Assembly (NCBI GenBank): GCA_043813365.1
Contig: JBDRLB010000052.1
Coordinates: 1 to 42,704 of the forward strand
Length of the DNA stretch: 42,704 nt
Reading direction: 5' to 3'
DNA from: Candidatus Micrarchaeota archaeon
GTDB taxonomy: Archaea > Micrarchaeota > Micrarchaeia > Norongarragalinales > SBBD01
Positions 36,501 through 42,704 of this stretch are shown here, piece by piece. A model generated the notes under the pieces. It worked only from the letters and a program-made list of their open reading frames with translations. It was not told the origin of the DNA and made no database searches. Position 1 is the first letter of the stretch. Each line of letters begins with the position of its first letter. Made by a program: the position numbers and the translations under genes.

Positions 36501-39500
36501 CCGCATCGTCATCGGTCACAATTACGGAGAATCTGAATTCTTCACCCCAGCCGCCAAGCGTCTTCAGCGCAGTTGCATTGGAGAACAGCGGGGTGGTTTC
36601 CAGGAAGAAGCTTTCATAATACTTGAAGGTGTTGTTCGCATGGTAGTAGGGCTTGGAGGAGTTCATCGTGACGTCATACCACTGGTAAAGCAGGTTGGAA
36701 GTATTGAAGATGCACTGGTAATTGCCGTTAAGTGGATTCGTGACTGGCGAGCATGCATATATAGCGGCAGTTGCATTGTGGATCGGGTTCAAGCTTACAT
36801 TGGCAGAGCCGATGTCAAGCCCGCAATCATCAAGAAGCGTGGCCTGAATGGTAACGTTGGAACCCTTTGAAACTGTAGAACCCTGGGGCGAAGTGATCGC
36901 ATTTGAAAGGTAGCCAATAACAGTTAAGTTCATGTAATTGCCGGGAGCAGTTGCGTTCGTGGATTTGTAGCATGCATCATCAATTATCCCTGCAGTCCAT
37001 ATCTGGTTCCCTACAAAATAATCGCAAGTTGCAGAGAATGGCAATGGGAGATGGCCTGAAGAATTTGTCTGCGTGCTATTTTCCTGCAGATTACTGCCGT
37101 CAGTTGTAACCCAGAATTTGCCACCCACTCCGGCTACTGCATAAGATGAATTGTCGATATTGTAAACCCTCACTACTAGCGGCCACAGCTGCGACGACCT
37201 GTTGATGACGCTGTTGTTCCCGTAAACTATGGAAACATTGATATCGTTCTTCTCGACCTCATAATTGGTGCTCGGGATCGTACTTTCCACGTTGGTGCCG
37301 TCATTAAGGTTGAAGAAATACAGGGTATTGCTGCTGATGTCGCCACATGTGAAAGTCGTGACATTTATTGTGCACTGGCCGCCTCCGGAAATGTTCATGC
37401 TTCCTTTTGACACGTTGGTCGAGCCTCCGTTTGTGGAAGTGAAGAGCGTGCATAGCACGGTATCCCCTTGCGGATCGCTGATATCAACGGAGAAGCTGAA
37501 GCGCTCGCTCCAGCCTCCGAGCTCGGGAGTGACATTCTGGTTCGAGTAAAGCGGAGGGGTATTCACGAACTCCGTCCAATTGTAGAAGGTAGTGACATTG
37601 CTCAGAAAGCCGCTTTCCGATGAATTGATCTTAAAGCTCCAGTTGCCTCCTTGGTGGAAAGAGGTGTTGAGCGTGCAATTGAACATTCCGCTGCCCATGT
37701 TCTCAACCGGGGAGCAAGTTTCGAGAACGTCATCCGGCGAGATCAGTTGTATGCCCACTGTTGCAGCAGGGCGGACATCAAGGCACTCCGATGTTGCATT
37801 TATGCTTATTGTCAGGTTGTTTGCTACAGGGACTTGCGTGCCATACGGCGGGAATATTACGGGATTCTCGAGCTGACCCCTTACTGTGAACGAATGCGTC
37901 CCGGATTCGTTGATGTCTTGGTAGCACTTGTTCCCCAATGTGCCCGCGAACCAGTTTTGGGCCTGCGAGCTGTAGGAGCAGCTGGGGTTGAAATAATTGG
38001 TTGCAAAGCCGTTTGAGTCCGTAAGCGAAATGTTCCCCGAATCATACGAGGAGCCGTCGGTTGTGATCCAGAATGAGACGTTCAGGTTAGCGGGAACGTA
38101 CGCATTGCTGTGCACATCGTAAACCCTTGCCCTGAAGGTGCCGTTGCCGTTGCCTTCCCTGTCGATGGTCTGCCCAGCGCCTGTTGAGAACTGCACTTGC
38201 ACCAGTTCTTTTGTTATAGTAAACGAGCCCTCCTCGGTCTCATTCGTATTGTTGTTGCTGGAATCTGTTGCATTGAACTTGAAGTAATTCACTTCAATGT
38301 CGTCGCACACGAAGCGGTGCCTGAACGAGACGGAAGTGGGGTTGGTATAGGCAACAGTAGTCTGGTTGTAAAGCACCCAGCTCCCTCCTGCACCAATTTT
38401 CTTGAAGAAGTAGATTGTGAAATTATCTCCTTCGATGTCATTCGCAGTAACGGTGAAAGTCCAAAGCCTTCCCCAGTCATCAGAGACCGCATCCACCTGC
38501 GGGTTGGTAAGCGATGGCTTTGCAGTGAGTATGAAGCCGTTGTAGTTCGTCACTTGGGAGGAATTGTAGTAATCCATTGTGGAATTCATTGTGACGTTGT
38601 AATTCCCAACTTGCAGGTTTTCGGTATCCGTTCCGGGGATGGTGCAGTTGTAATACCCGCTGAGCTCGTCATAAACCGGCGTGCAACTGTATGTGCTGCC
38701 TCCGGCACTCAGCTGTGCGGAAAAGGTAACGGCGGTCTGATTAACGGGATTGGGGCATTCGTCTTCAACCAGCCCACGCAGGTCAATGCCCTGGCCGCGG
38801 TAAAATTTCTGCCCGGTTGGCTGCGTCAAGGTCACGTTCAAGTCGGTAGTGATGTTGAAATCATATTCAGTAGTGTTTGCCAGCTTATAGTCGGGGCTTT
38901 CAAACAAAGTGATGTACCAGTTCTGGTCGCCTGCGCCGAAAACGCAATCCGGATCGAAATCAGTTTTGTTGAGGTAGCCGTTCGGGTCGGAATAAAGGTC
39001 GTAAAATTGGGTGTATGCTGAGCCGTTCGTTGTAACGTTTACTCGGCCGAGCAGCCCGCCTCCGAGGTAACTGAGCCCTTGCGCATCAACATCCCTGGCA
39101 CGTACGGTGAAAACTCCCTGGTCGGTGGTTGACCTCCTTATCGAGAGATTTGCTCCCCAAATGAGTTCCAGCAGTATGTCATCTTTTTCTACAGTATAAT
39201 TCGTGTAATTGGTCTGGTAGGGCGCGTCGCTATTCGTGGCGTTCCATTTGAACGTGTGGTTCCCTTTTGCAGTATTTACCCCGAATGAATAGTTGAAGGT
39301 TACAAGTGTGCCCGAGCCATTTGCAGTTGTTGTATATATGTTCGTCTCCGCCTGCCCTATTTTGCTTTCCCACAGCCTGACGGTTACTGTATCGCTGTCG
39401 GGCTCGTCCACCATTACCGAGAACGTGAAATTCTCGCTCCAGCCCCCTAGTGTAGGCGTGACGTTGTAATTGTATAGTATGGGAATGCTTGAGATTATGA

Positions 39501-42500
39501 AGTTCGAAAGGGTGGTGTTCGCTCCCAGATTGTAATATTGCTTCGTTGCATTTGTTGTGATGTTATAAGAGCCGTAAGGCCTTCCGGTCGTATTGAAAGT
39601 GCAATTGTAGCCGCCATTCGCCTCGTCGTTCACTTGCGAGCATATCACGTTAGTGGTGGAGCGGGATGCGTTGAACAGAACGGTTGCGGAAGTGACCGGA
39701 ATGGAGCAGTCGTCAGAAACGTTGGCCCGGAGCGTTATGTTATTCCCTATAACATACCGCTGGGAATTGAGCGGTGAAAGGAAACGGATGTTCAGGTCTC
39801 CTACGACCGTGACATTGAAATCGGAGGAATTCGTGTAGCTGTAGCAGATGTCTGTCATCCCTCCCTTCCATACCTGTTTCGCTGCGGAATAGCCGCAGGA
39901 GGGGTTGAAATACACTTGCGCATAGCCGCTTGCGTTTGTTGTTGTTTGGTTGCCGGAATCAAACAATGCCGCATCATTGGTCGCCCAGAAGGTGATGTTC
40001 GCATTATTCACGTAAGTCTGGTTTTCCGTGTCGTAAACCCTTACTGAAAGGTAGGCGGCGGCGCCGTTCCTGTTTACGGAGGTCTCGTTTCCCGCCGCAT
40101 AAATCACATTTACGTTTGAGGAAGTGAGGTTCGGGCCTTCGGCAACCGAAGTATTGAATGCATTCGTGGGCTCTGCGTTCAGGATGTAGAATTTGAAGAA
40201 GTTGTCCGTGCCGATCTCCTCGCACGTGAAATCATGAACCTGGACGGTGCAGTTTCCAGAGCCTGCAACGGAGTTCATTCCCTTCAATTTCCAGGTGGAA
40301 TTCCCGTCAATTGAAACGAAAAGCGTGCATGTGACATTGTCGCCCGCAGGGTCGTAGATCTGAACCGAATAATTGTAGGCGCGGGTCCAGCCTGCTTGTG
40401 CAATGCTGACTGAAAGGTTCTCCGCTGTTGCGGTGACGTCGCGCAAATAGAACCATTCATCATAAGTTGTGGAGTTGGAATTGAAATATGCCCTGCTCGA
40501 GTTGAATTGTATCGAATAATTCCCCTGCTGCTTGTTGTTCGAATCCCATGTGCAGTTGTAGTAGCCATCATTTTCATCATTTATCTGGTTGCAGGAATAA
40601 ATCGAATTGTTCGCGGAAACGATCCTCACCGATGTAGTCGTGCCATTTATTCCGCCCTCCATTTGGCAGTCAGATGTCTCATTAAGCCTTACGAGTATCT
40701 GGTTGGATTTGTTGAAGTGCTGCTGCTCAGTTGGGTTGAGGATGGTGTTCTTCAGCTGACCATATACGTCAATTGTAAAGTTTGCAGAGAATTTGTTCTT
40801 GTAGCACGCATCATTATCTACTGCCGCAGCCCACTTCTGCGGCATTGCATAGTAGTTGCAGGTCGCGCCGAAGTAATAGGAAGTGTTGCCTAAGGAATCA
40901 GTTGTGTTTTGGGAGCCGGAATCGAAATTCTCGCCATCGGTTGAAACGTAGAAAACAGTTCTCGTTCCGTTTCCGACAGAGACCGTGCCGCGGTCAGTAT
41001 CATATATTGCAACTCTGAGTAGTTCGGTGCTCGAACCTTCGCGTGTCGCGTTCTTCGCATCCCCTTCTATGTAAACGAGCGACACGTCATCCTTGTCAAC
41101 AGTGAAAGTAGAGCCAGTTACCTCCGTAGTCTGGCCGAACCTGTTGGTTGCATTGAATTTGAATTGCGATGTTCCCGCAGGGGTCACGTCGCCGCAGCTC
41201 AGGGTTTCGGGGAATGAGAGCGTCCCATAGCTCGTGCCCTGGCATTGCTGCGTTTCAATTGCAACCCATGAGTAAGAGGAGTTGAGGCGCTTGTAAAGCG
41301 TGACGTTGAATGCCTCATTGTCATTCTGCTTGCAGTCCACTTGGAAAGTCCAGGATTCGCCCCATCCCGCTGTGACATGGTTGACCTGCGGGGAAGTAAG
41401 GTCGGGATTGATTATTATCCTGAAGCCGGGAGCGCGGGTTCCGTTGTACGAATGGTAATAGCCCTTTGAGGCGATTGCGGTTACGTTATAGCCGCCATAA
41501 ACCTTCCCGTTTGTATCGAAAGAATAATTGTACGTGCCGTTGCCTAAATCCGTGATCCCAGAAGTTATGGAATAGTTCTGCTGCTCGCCGAACAGGTATA
41601 TCGAGGTTGTCGCCCCAGTGATATTCAAGTAGCACTCATCCCTCGCATTGAATGAGATCGGAACGATGCTGGTGCGGTTGTATGCCTCCCCATTCGGCAC
41701 GGAAATGGTTGAAGACATATTGCTCCAAAGGGTTATGTTGTAAGCAGTGGTGTTGATGGACTTGTAGCACGTATTGCCGACTGTGCCAATCTTCCATTTC
41801 TGCAGCCCTACAAGGTAACTGCACGTTGCATCGAAGGTGGAATTGAAGAAGCCGTTTGAAAGCGTGCTCAGCCCTACTCCCGAATCATATTCCGAACCGT
41901 TTGTTGTGATCCACCTCCTTCCTGAAGCCTGCCCCAACGGCAAATACTGGTTGAGGTCTACGTCGAAAACCCTTACGGAGAAAGTCGTTGATTCGGTGTT
42001 GTTCCGGTATTGAGTTGTTGCATTGCCAGTAATGTAATCAAGACGTATGTCATCTTGCTCAACTGTGAAATTCTGCACCCCTGCGGTAGTTACCAGCCCT
42101 GAAGAGTCGGTTGCATTCCACATGAAATTCCATTCTCCCAAATCATCCGGTGCGGGGCATGAGAAGTCCGTCTTTGAATATGAGAAAACAGTATTATTGC
42201 AGTCGCTGTTGCACGTTGGGGAGGCAACAAGCGTCCATGAGCCGCTGCTTACGGGTTTTATATACAATGCGCCGGTAACTGAATCGCCATCCTCATCCAC
42301 CAAGGTCGCATAGAAAGTGAAGTTCTCCGAGTAGCCGCCTGTGCTTCCCGCGTCCCCGTCATTGGTGGAAGTGTTCACAACCGGATTGGTAAGGACTGGC
42401 GAGGTTTGGACGCGGAACGCATTCAGGAACAGGGTGGAGTTTACGTTGTAAAGCGCCTTGGAGCTTTCAGCTGTGATGTTGTAGTATCTTGCATCGAGGC

Positions 42501-42704
42501 TGGTGGTGTTGAGGCTGCAGTTGTATACCCCATCCGATTGGTTGAGTATGTTTGTGCAGTAATAGGTGTTCGGGTCGCGGGTGTAATTGTAGCTTATTGC
42601 CAAGCCGGTTGGAAGCACCGCACTGCACTCGTCCGTCACGTTCAGGCTTATTGTCACATTGGTGCCGCGGTAATAGTTCTCCCCTTGAGGGGTAAGCATG
42701 GAAT
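27598..42704 (-). CDS. Giant (>5,033 aa, 5'-partial) surface protein with Ig-like repeat array, single TM and C-terminal HerA/FtsK-like (DUF87) ATPase
   Basis: Uninterrupted 15-kb ORF open to the window edge; TM WLTYALIIGIIMFIGG (~28729-28776); Walker A GGTGSGKS (28525-28548), VFDPT, Walker B IVYDEVH, REFRKWG...ISQ. Confidence 0.92.
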   Translation of the reverse strand, partial: SMLTPQGENYYRGTNVTISLNVTDECSAVLPTGLAISYNYTRDPNTYYCTNILNQSDGVYNCSLNTTSLDARYYNITAESSKALYNVNSTLFLNAFRVQTSPVLTNPVVNTSTNDGDAGSTGGYSENFTFYATLVDEDGDSVTGALYIKPVSSGSWTLVASPTCNSDCNNTVFSYSKTDFSCPAPDDLGEWNFMWNATDSSGLVTTAGVQNFTVEQDDIRLDYITGNATTQYRNNTESTTFSVRVFDVDLNQYLPLGQASGRRWITTNGSEYDSGVGLSTLSNGFFNSTFDATCSYLVGLQKWKIGTVGNTCYKSINTTAYNITLWSNMSSTISVPNGEAYNRTSIVPISFNARDECYLNITGATTSIYLFGEQQNYSITSGITDLGNGTYNYSFDTNGKVYGGYNVTAIASKGYYHSYNGTRAPGFRIIINPDLTSPQVNHVTAGWGESWTFQVDCKQNDNEAFNVTLYKRLNSSYSWVAIETQQCQGTSYGTLSFPETLSCGDVTPAGTSQFKFNATNRFGQTTEVTGSTFTVDKDDVSLVYIEGDAKNATREGSSTELLRVAIYDTDRGTVSVGNGTRTVFYVSTDGENFDSGSQNTTDSLGNTSYYFGATCNYYAMPQKWAAAVDNDACYKNKFSANFTIDVYGQLKNTILNPTEQQHFNKSNQILVRLNETSDCQMEGGINGTTTSVRIVSANNSIYSCNQINDENDGYYNCTWDSNNKQQGNYSIQFNSSRAYFNSNSTTYDEWFYLRDVTATAENLSVSIAQAGWTRAYNYSVQIYDPAGDNVTCTLFVSIDGNSTWKLKGMNSVAGSGNCTVQVHDFTCEEIGTDNFFKFYILNAEPTNAFNTSVAEGPNLTSSNVNVIYAAGNETSVNRNGAAAYLSVRVYDTENQTYVNNANITFWATNDAALFDSGNQTTTNASGYAQVYFNPSCGYSAAKQVWKGGMTDICYSYTNSSDFNVTVVGDLNIRFLSPLNSQRYVIGNNITLRANVSDDCSIPVTSATVLFNASRSTTNVICSQVNDEANGGYNCTFNTTGRPYGSYNITTNATKQYYNLGANTTLSNFIISSIPILYNYNVTPTLGGWSENFTFSVMVDEPDSDTVTVRLWESKIGQAETNIYTTTANGSGTLVTFNYSFGVNTAKGNHTFKWNATNSDAPYQTNYTNYTVEKDDILLELIWGANLSIRRSTTDQGVFTVRARDVDAQGLSYLGGGLLGRVNVTTNGSAYTQFYDLYSDPNGYLNKTDFDPDCVFGAGDQNWYITLFESPDYKLANTTEYDFNITTDLNVTLTQPTGQKFYRGQGIDLRGLVEDECPNPVNQTAVTFSAQLSAGGSTYSCTPVYDELSGYYNCTIPGTDTENLQVGNYNVTMNSTMDYYNSSQVTNYNGFILTAKPSLTNPQVDAVSDDWGRLWTFTVTANDIEGDNFTIYFFKKIGAGGSWVLYNQTTVAYTNPTSVSFRHRFVCDDIEVNYFKFNATDSSNNNTNETEEGSFTITKELVQVQFSTGAGQTIDREGNGNGTFRARVYDVHSNAYVPANLNVSFWITTDGSSYDSGNISLTDSNGFATNYFNPSCSYSSQAQNWFAGTLGNKCYQDINESGTHSFTVRGQLENPVIFPPYGTQVPVANNLTISINATSECLDVRPAATVGIQLISPDDVLETCSPVENMGSGMFNCTLNTSFHQGGNWSFKINSSESGFLSNVTTFYNWTEFVNTPPLYSNQNVTPELGGWSERFSFSVDISDPQGDTVLCTLFTSTNGGSTNVSKGSMNISGGGQCTINVTTFTCGDISSNTLYFFNLNDGTNVESTIPSTNYEVEKNDINVSIVYGNNSVINRSSQLWPLVVRVYNIDNSSYAVAGVGGKFWVTTDGSNLQENSTQTNSSGHLPLPFSATCDYFVGNQIWTAGIIDDACYKSTNATAPGNYMNLTVIGYLSNAITSPQGSTVSKGSNVTIQATLLDDCGLDIGSANVSLNPIHNATAAIYACSPVTNPLNGNYQCIFNTSNLLYQWYDVTMNSSKPYYHANNTFKYYESFFLETTPLFSNATALKTLGGWGEEFRFSVIVTDDDADTNTVRLFAKKNDTEDWTLYNFTTVVAPSNQLVNLSIYSGALSCSDIGSWNFRFESTDSRGYVTNSTFGNFSLEADDVNLSMAIGDGSTIQRNASASSMLSILVRDTDKDEYLGLGWNITMWITTNTSLYDDGTLLSTNASGYANYQFDPTCSYTAAVQKWKGGTTGNMCYKNTNSSNYSVTLNAPLYPFITFPEGDGFLRGDRVPMNVSLYDECSLVSGATPSFSVRTGSLQPVTCTAITQGGGYYNCTWDSSNRPMGYYNITFSASKNYYISNSTMKGWAFFLGSTPSLSFDSVSPTSDGWGRLYTFTVTVTDADTNPNNVTLWKSLDNVSFAPIDSRIVYTIAGGGTNTSTFEHHFTCGDMGTNYYYFTTQDPFGYNDTTQVKTFTTEKDDVTVTIDASSNTSIRRIGTDIATLKARIYDSDYGIYPDGTAATIYVTLNNSQYGTNYTCATTDGNCTIQHDPVCTTNAGIQYWYAQTVDSCYKDVNSSNTSLTVNGQLYTAVLPNFAGGIALRNRNQTLSASIRDECSSNITDATISWYNETTRLLATNYVANWTVPKNYKLGGTTIYTNASRQYYENGTNSTPLYIRGWSRVTIITPANGTEDVAGSIIPVICQVIDNDTNANITNYPVEFFKDGGLQQTTNTTVNGTTEWQWVTSSELAGIHNVSCIIDNNAYLYYNTSTSTHNISVLLKRQLIIDQIQPDYSSIYRNNSFYPNATNFTIHVKDANIGSAANALVMLFNSSLFPVYNCTTDINGYCNLIYDAPENMTPGSYLLYMNSSKAGNEDSDTNSTPVTVNGVLFSNITTPLNGSFYSKANSADLAVTVLDENSNPISLIATWSNETSQFASTVSNAAPVAFALTSQQTGYRNFTVTSAKAYYDTASSSSIIRISGLADVSVAYPSNGSILTFPLNVTIVCKAFDHDSGAEIPDYNITFAYVDTGGTYSENITTNSSGFATYNYTPGQKGQVNFQCMILDDQPKFYSAYNDFSQVFITELDTRPPVIINTSLIPNQSLETNLNYTQITAYALDDTGVNNVYASISWPNGTIQNITLNPLSNGTYAVNYTPTINGTYSVMIYAVDLPPESNVNSSFAGYFESIGKTNTSIAISPVQITASGITQTSGFQFVISLNLTNYGPVPAYMTNMTISDDSNSEITYNDTFRSCNDIPAGGNCTWAVLVTVLPATPQKLIRITVNATWRDPDLQVLSVTNGTDIIVSANPIVDIVDSAKSLSVFNGFSGVITNVTTAATGNEQLLNVQLTTTGGDIGVLCPGCVISILPNSQGLLAAGSNFTSNISISVPPTQPPGSFYTFVQANASGLTDSVMLNFTLTSNGTWARSPATFGNITVSTNSTGVIGNITVSNNGNVKSTFTFVTSGLNPPLVVLLYDGMQTVAYDIDKQITRNVSVSYIVSASASIGYYPGTVSILASNSSPASQQVTLALNVTDLPPVISNANATPTSIEAIYGNALISATITDNFGITGAWVNITANGSVYQAFLSGTGNYFSAYYNSSVTGNQSIIVCANDTINTVSCSSLFNISVIGTSNVSLFAPAITLYNMTISQGANTTAAISFNNTGVGRVFNVTYNISLPQNFSSYPNSSSLGTLLASNGTAVLMNFSVSKGTAAGTYYANVTINWTNLDNTTGVNLTTIELRIPSESILNISEETVSMSVPAGTAGSSQFTIISEGTSGLSSVTYSCTSGVVCSSFTVSFNPTNIASITSGGSRDVDIQVIVPNGFSPGVYTGLLIANATNTSGDSAIISVVIPSNLSWTQAPSTLSAEVIQGTTGVLGTISISNIGNQLLYLDVLSQGNVSSIISFNTSSLLISPLGSGAIQVNFTAPAASMLVSYYGNATTQNGTATPPDRVTLVNITVHPYNVTIISPTESSPILGVNPGQNISAFVNVTYAGIPLSSNIAFNLTMQDSSIKTLVTLNSQTYSSGIWILNFTAPALATGKSYDLNVTAFDLSRRINLTKVEQRAIGYNDTTAPLVELLTPGTVVLNEYANLTINATDTGTMYLNSTAVQANITYPGGSTQAVTFSYLSRSGDSYFYRLVFTNTSVAGNYTVNARVCDASDNCNYTSGTFEVRSAIIFAGRALDTEQLTASPLSVEFRLLNSANISSVMYDFFSNATGHYSQLVYNDTYYVNASIGNKNLILASVPLRASYYDPVIWGIIPTSRIGAGALSGVTYKLNLTYASANITFNYFGMPYSFEGNLGIYVCSLYQNVSGCMDNWTRVSSIRDSARGTLTHVTSNASMGFALAEYVCGNGVCEVSTGESNAVCSQDCGGGNATATPTATTTATPTTGGGGAGTGTGAGTGGGTATPTAGGAGGAGAGNGSGGGEGGGRIGPPEVRASAIDLTVKPGDKRTQVVDLVNNLDTDLTGSFLVEGDAAAFITVEKPTLVVKSRQSESVKIAINIPDTTFPGVYTADMIVKLGNVVKIIPITIRVEKSKDPLLDIKVAVLSKVVRPGDLMRAEVTIVNRGEAEAATDVSLQYALKGLTDDKSIYSSSETVQISDIVTRTTSAQIPGNTESGVYIFQVTATYLEGRKVSVGSDSLEVAGTSVTGLVVQTVTSSWLTYALIIGIIMFIGGRRAYSAYKLRKLKGQRYVMPLDYKKLPQPGPRAIPVGRIAETDVSCYLDIDKLQTHSIAAGGTGSGKSVSAQVVSEELMKRGIPIVVFDPTAQWTGFIRPNKDKQMLSLYAKFGMKPEDVKSYKVTIFNVLDPNHPIDYKKYLNPGEMTVFVMNKLQPAQLDGFVRRSIQSVFDMRPLESKELKLLIVYDEVHRLLPKYGGKGAYSQLERGYREFRKWGIGMFMISQVLLDFKGAVRANIANEIQLRTKYEGDIGRVKTKYGIEYASKITKLTIGTGLVQNPEYNDGKPWFVSFRPLLHSTFALTEEELDQITGVQEKIAAAQAQIGELKAKGTDTYDVELELKIANDKLKQGLFKMSETYLESVNARLKSFGGKR
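34700..42704 (-). repeat. Tandem ~320-aa protein repeats (8 visible units) inside the giant ORF
   Basis: Recurring xx[WY]xxx[FWY]x[FY] (typically GGW.E.F.F), KDD[VI], C.Y...Q.W..CY and D[ED]C motifs with anchors near 42330, 41365, 40390, 39440, 38475, 37510, 36548 and 35593. Boundaries are approximate. Confidence 0.85.

Noticed and set aside
42697..42699. ATG 42699 as the true start of the giant protein
   Set aside because: The frame stays open to the window edge, the sequence starts mid-repeat and there is no signal peptide; the gene is 5'-truncated.

Overview
Archaeal chromosomal segment, most consistent with a DPANN-type lineage (Micrarchaeota/Iainarchaeota-like; inferred from gene content only). 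The left ~10 kb is mostly housekeeping and metabolism: htpX (5'-partial), cutA, split ADP-forming acetyl-CoA synthetase alpha/beta, a divergent AMP/nucleoside phosphorylase, the rpl21e-rpoF-DUF655 cluster, small membrane proteins, a stand-alone single-repeat ('half') TATA-binding protein preceded by a palindromic double TATA box, archaemetzincin and an AAA_14/DUF4143 ATPase. The remaining ~33 kb is dominated by cell-surface machinery. It holds a 943-aa beta-helix surface protein, a four-gene class III signal-peptide (pilin-like) operon, a type IV pilus/Tad ATPase carrying an Ala1 (class 2, KlbA-type) intein with LAGLIDADG and HTH domains, two T2SSF platform proteins, a 37-aa mini-pilin missing from the ORF track, and dnaJ. 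It ends in a three-gene minus-strand unit headed by a >5,000-aa (5'-truncated) giant. This protein joins a huge sequon- and Cys-rich extracellular repeat array with a 3-unit super-repeat, through one TM helix, to a cytoplasmic HerA/FtsK-like ATPase; two large coiled-coil/disordered proteins follow. That unit is the best candidate for an undescribed system (host-attachment or translocation apparatus). I saw no tRNA, rRNA, CRISPR array or transposase.
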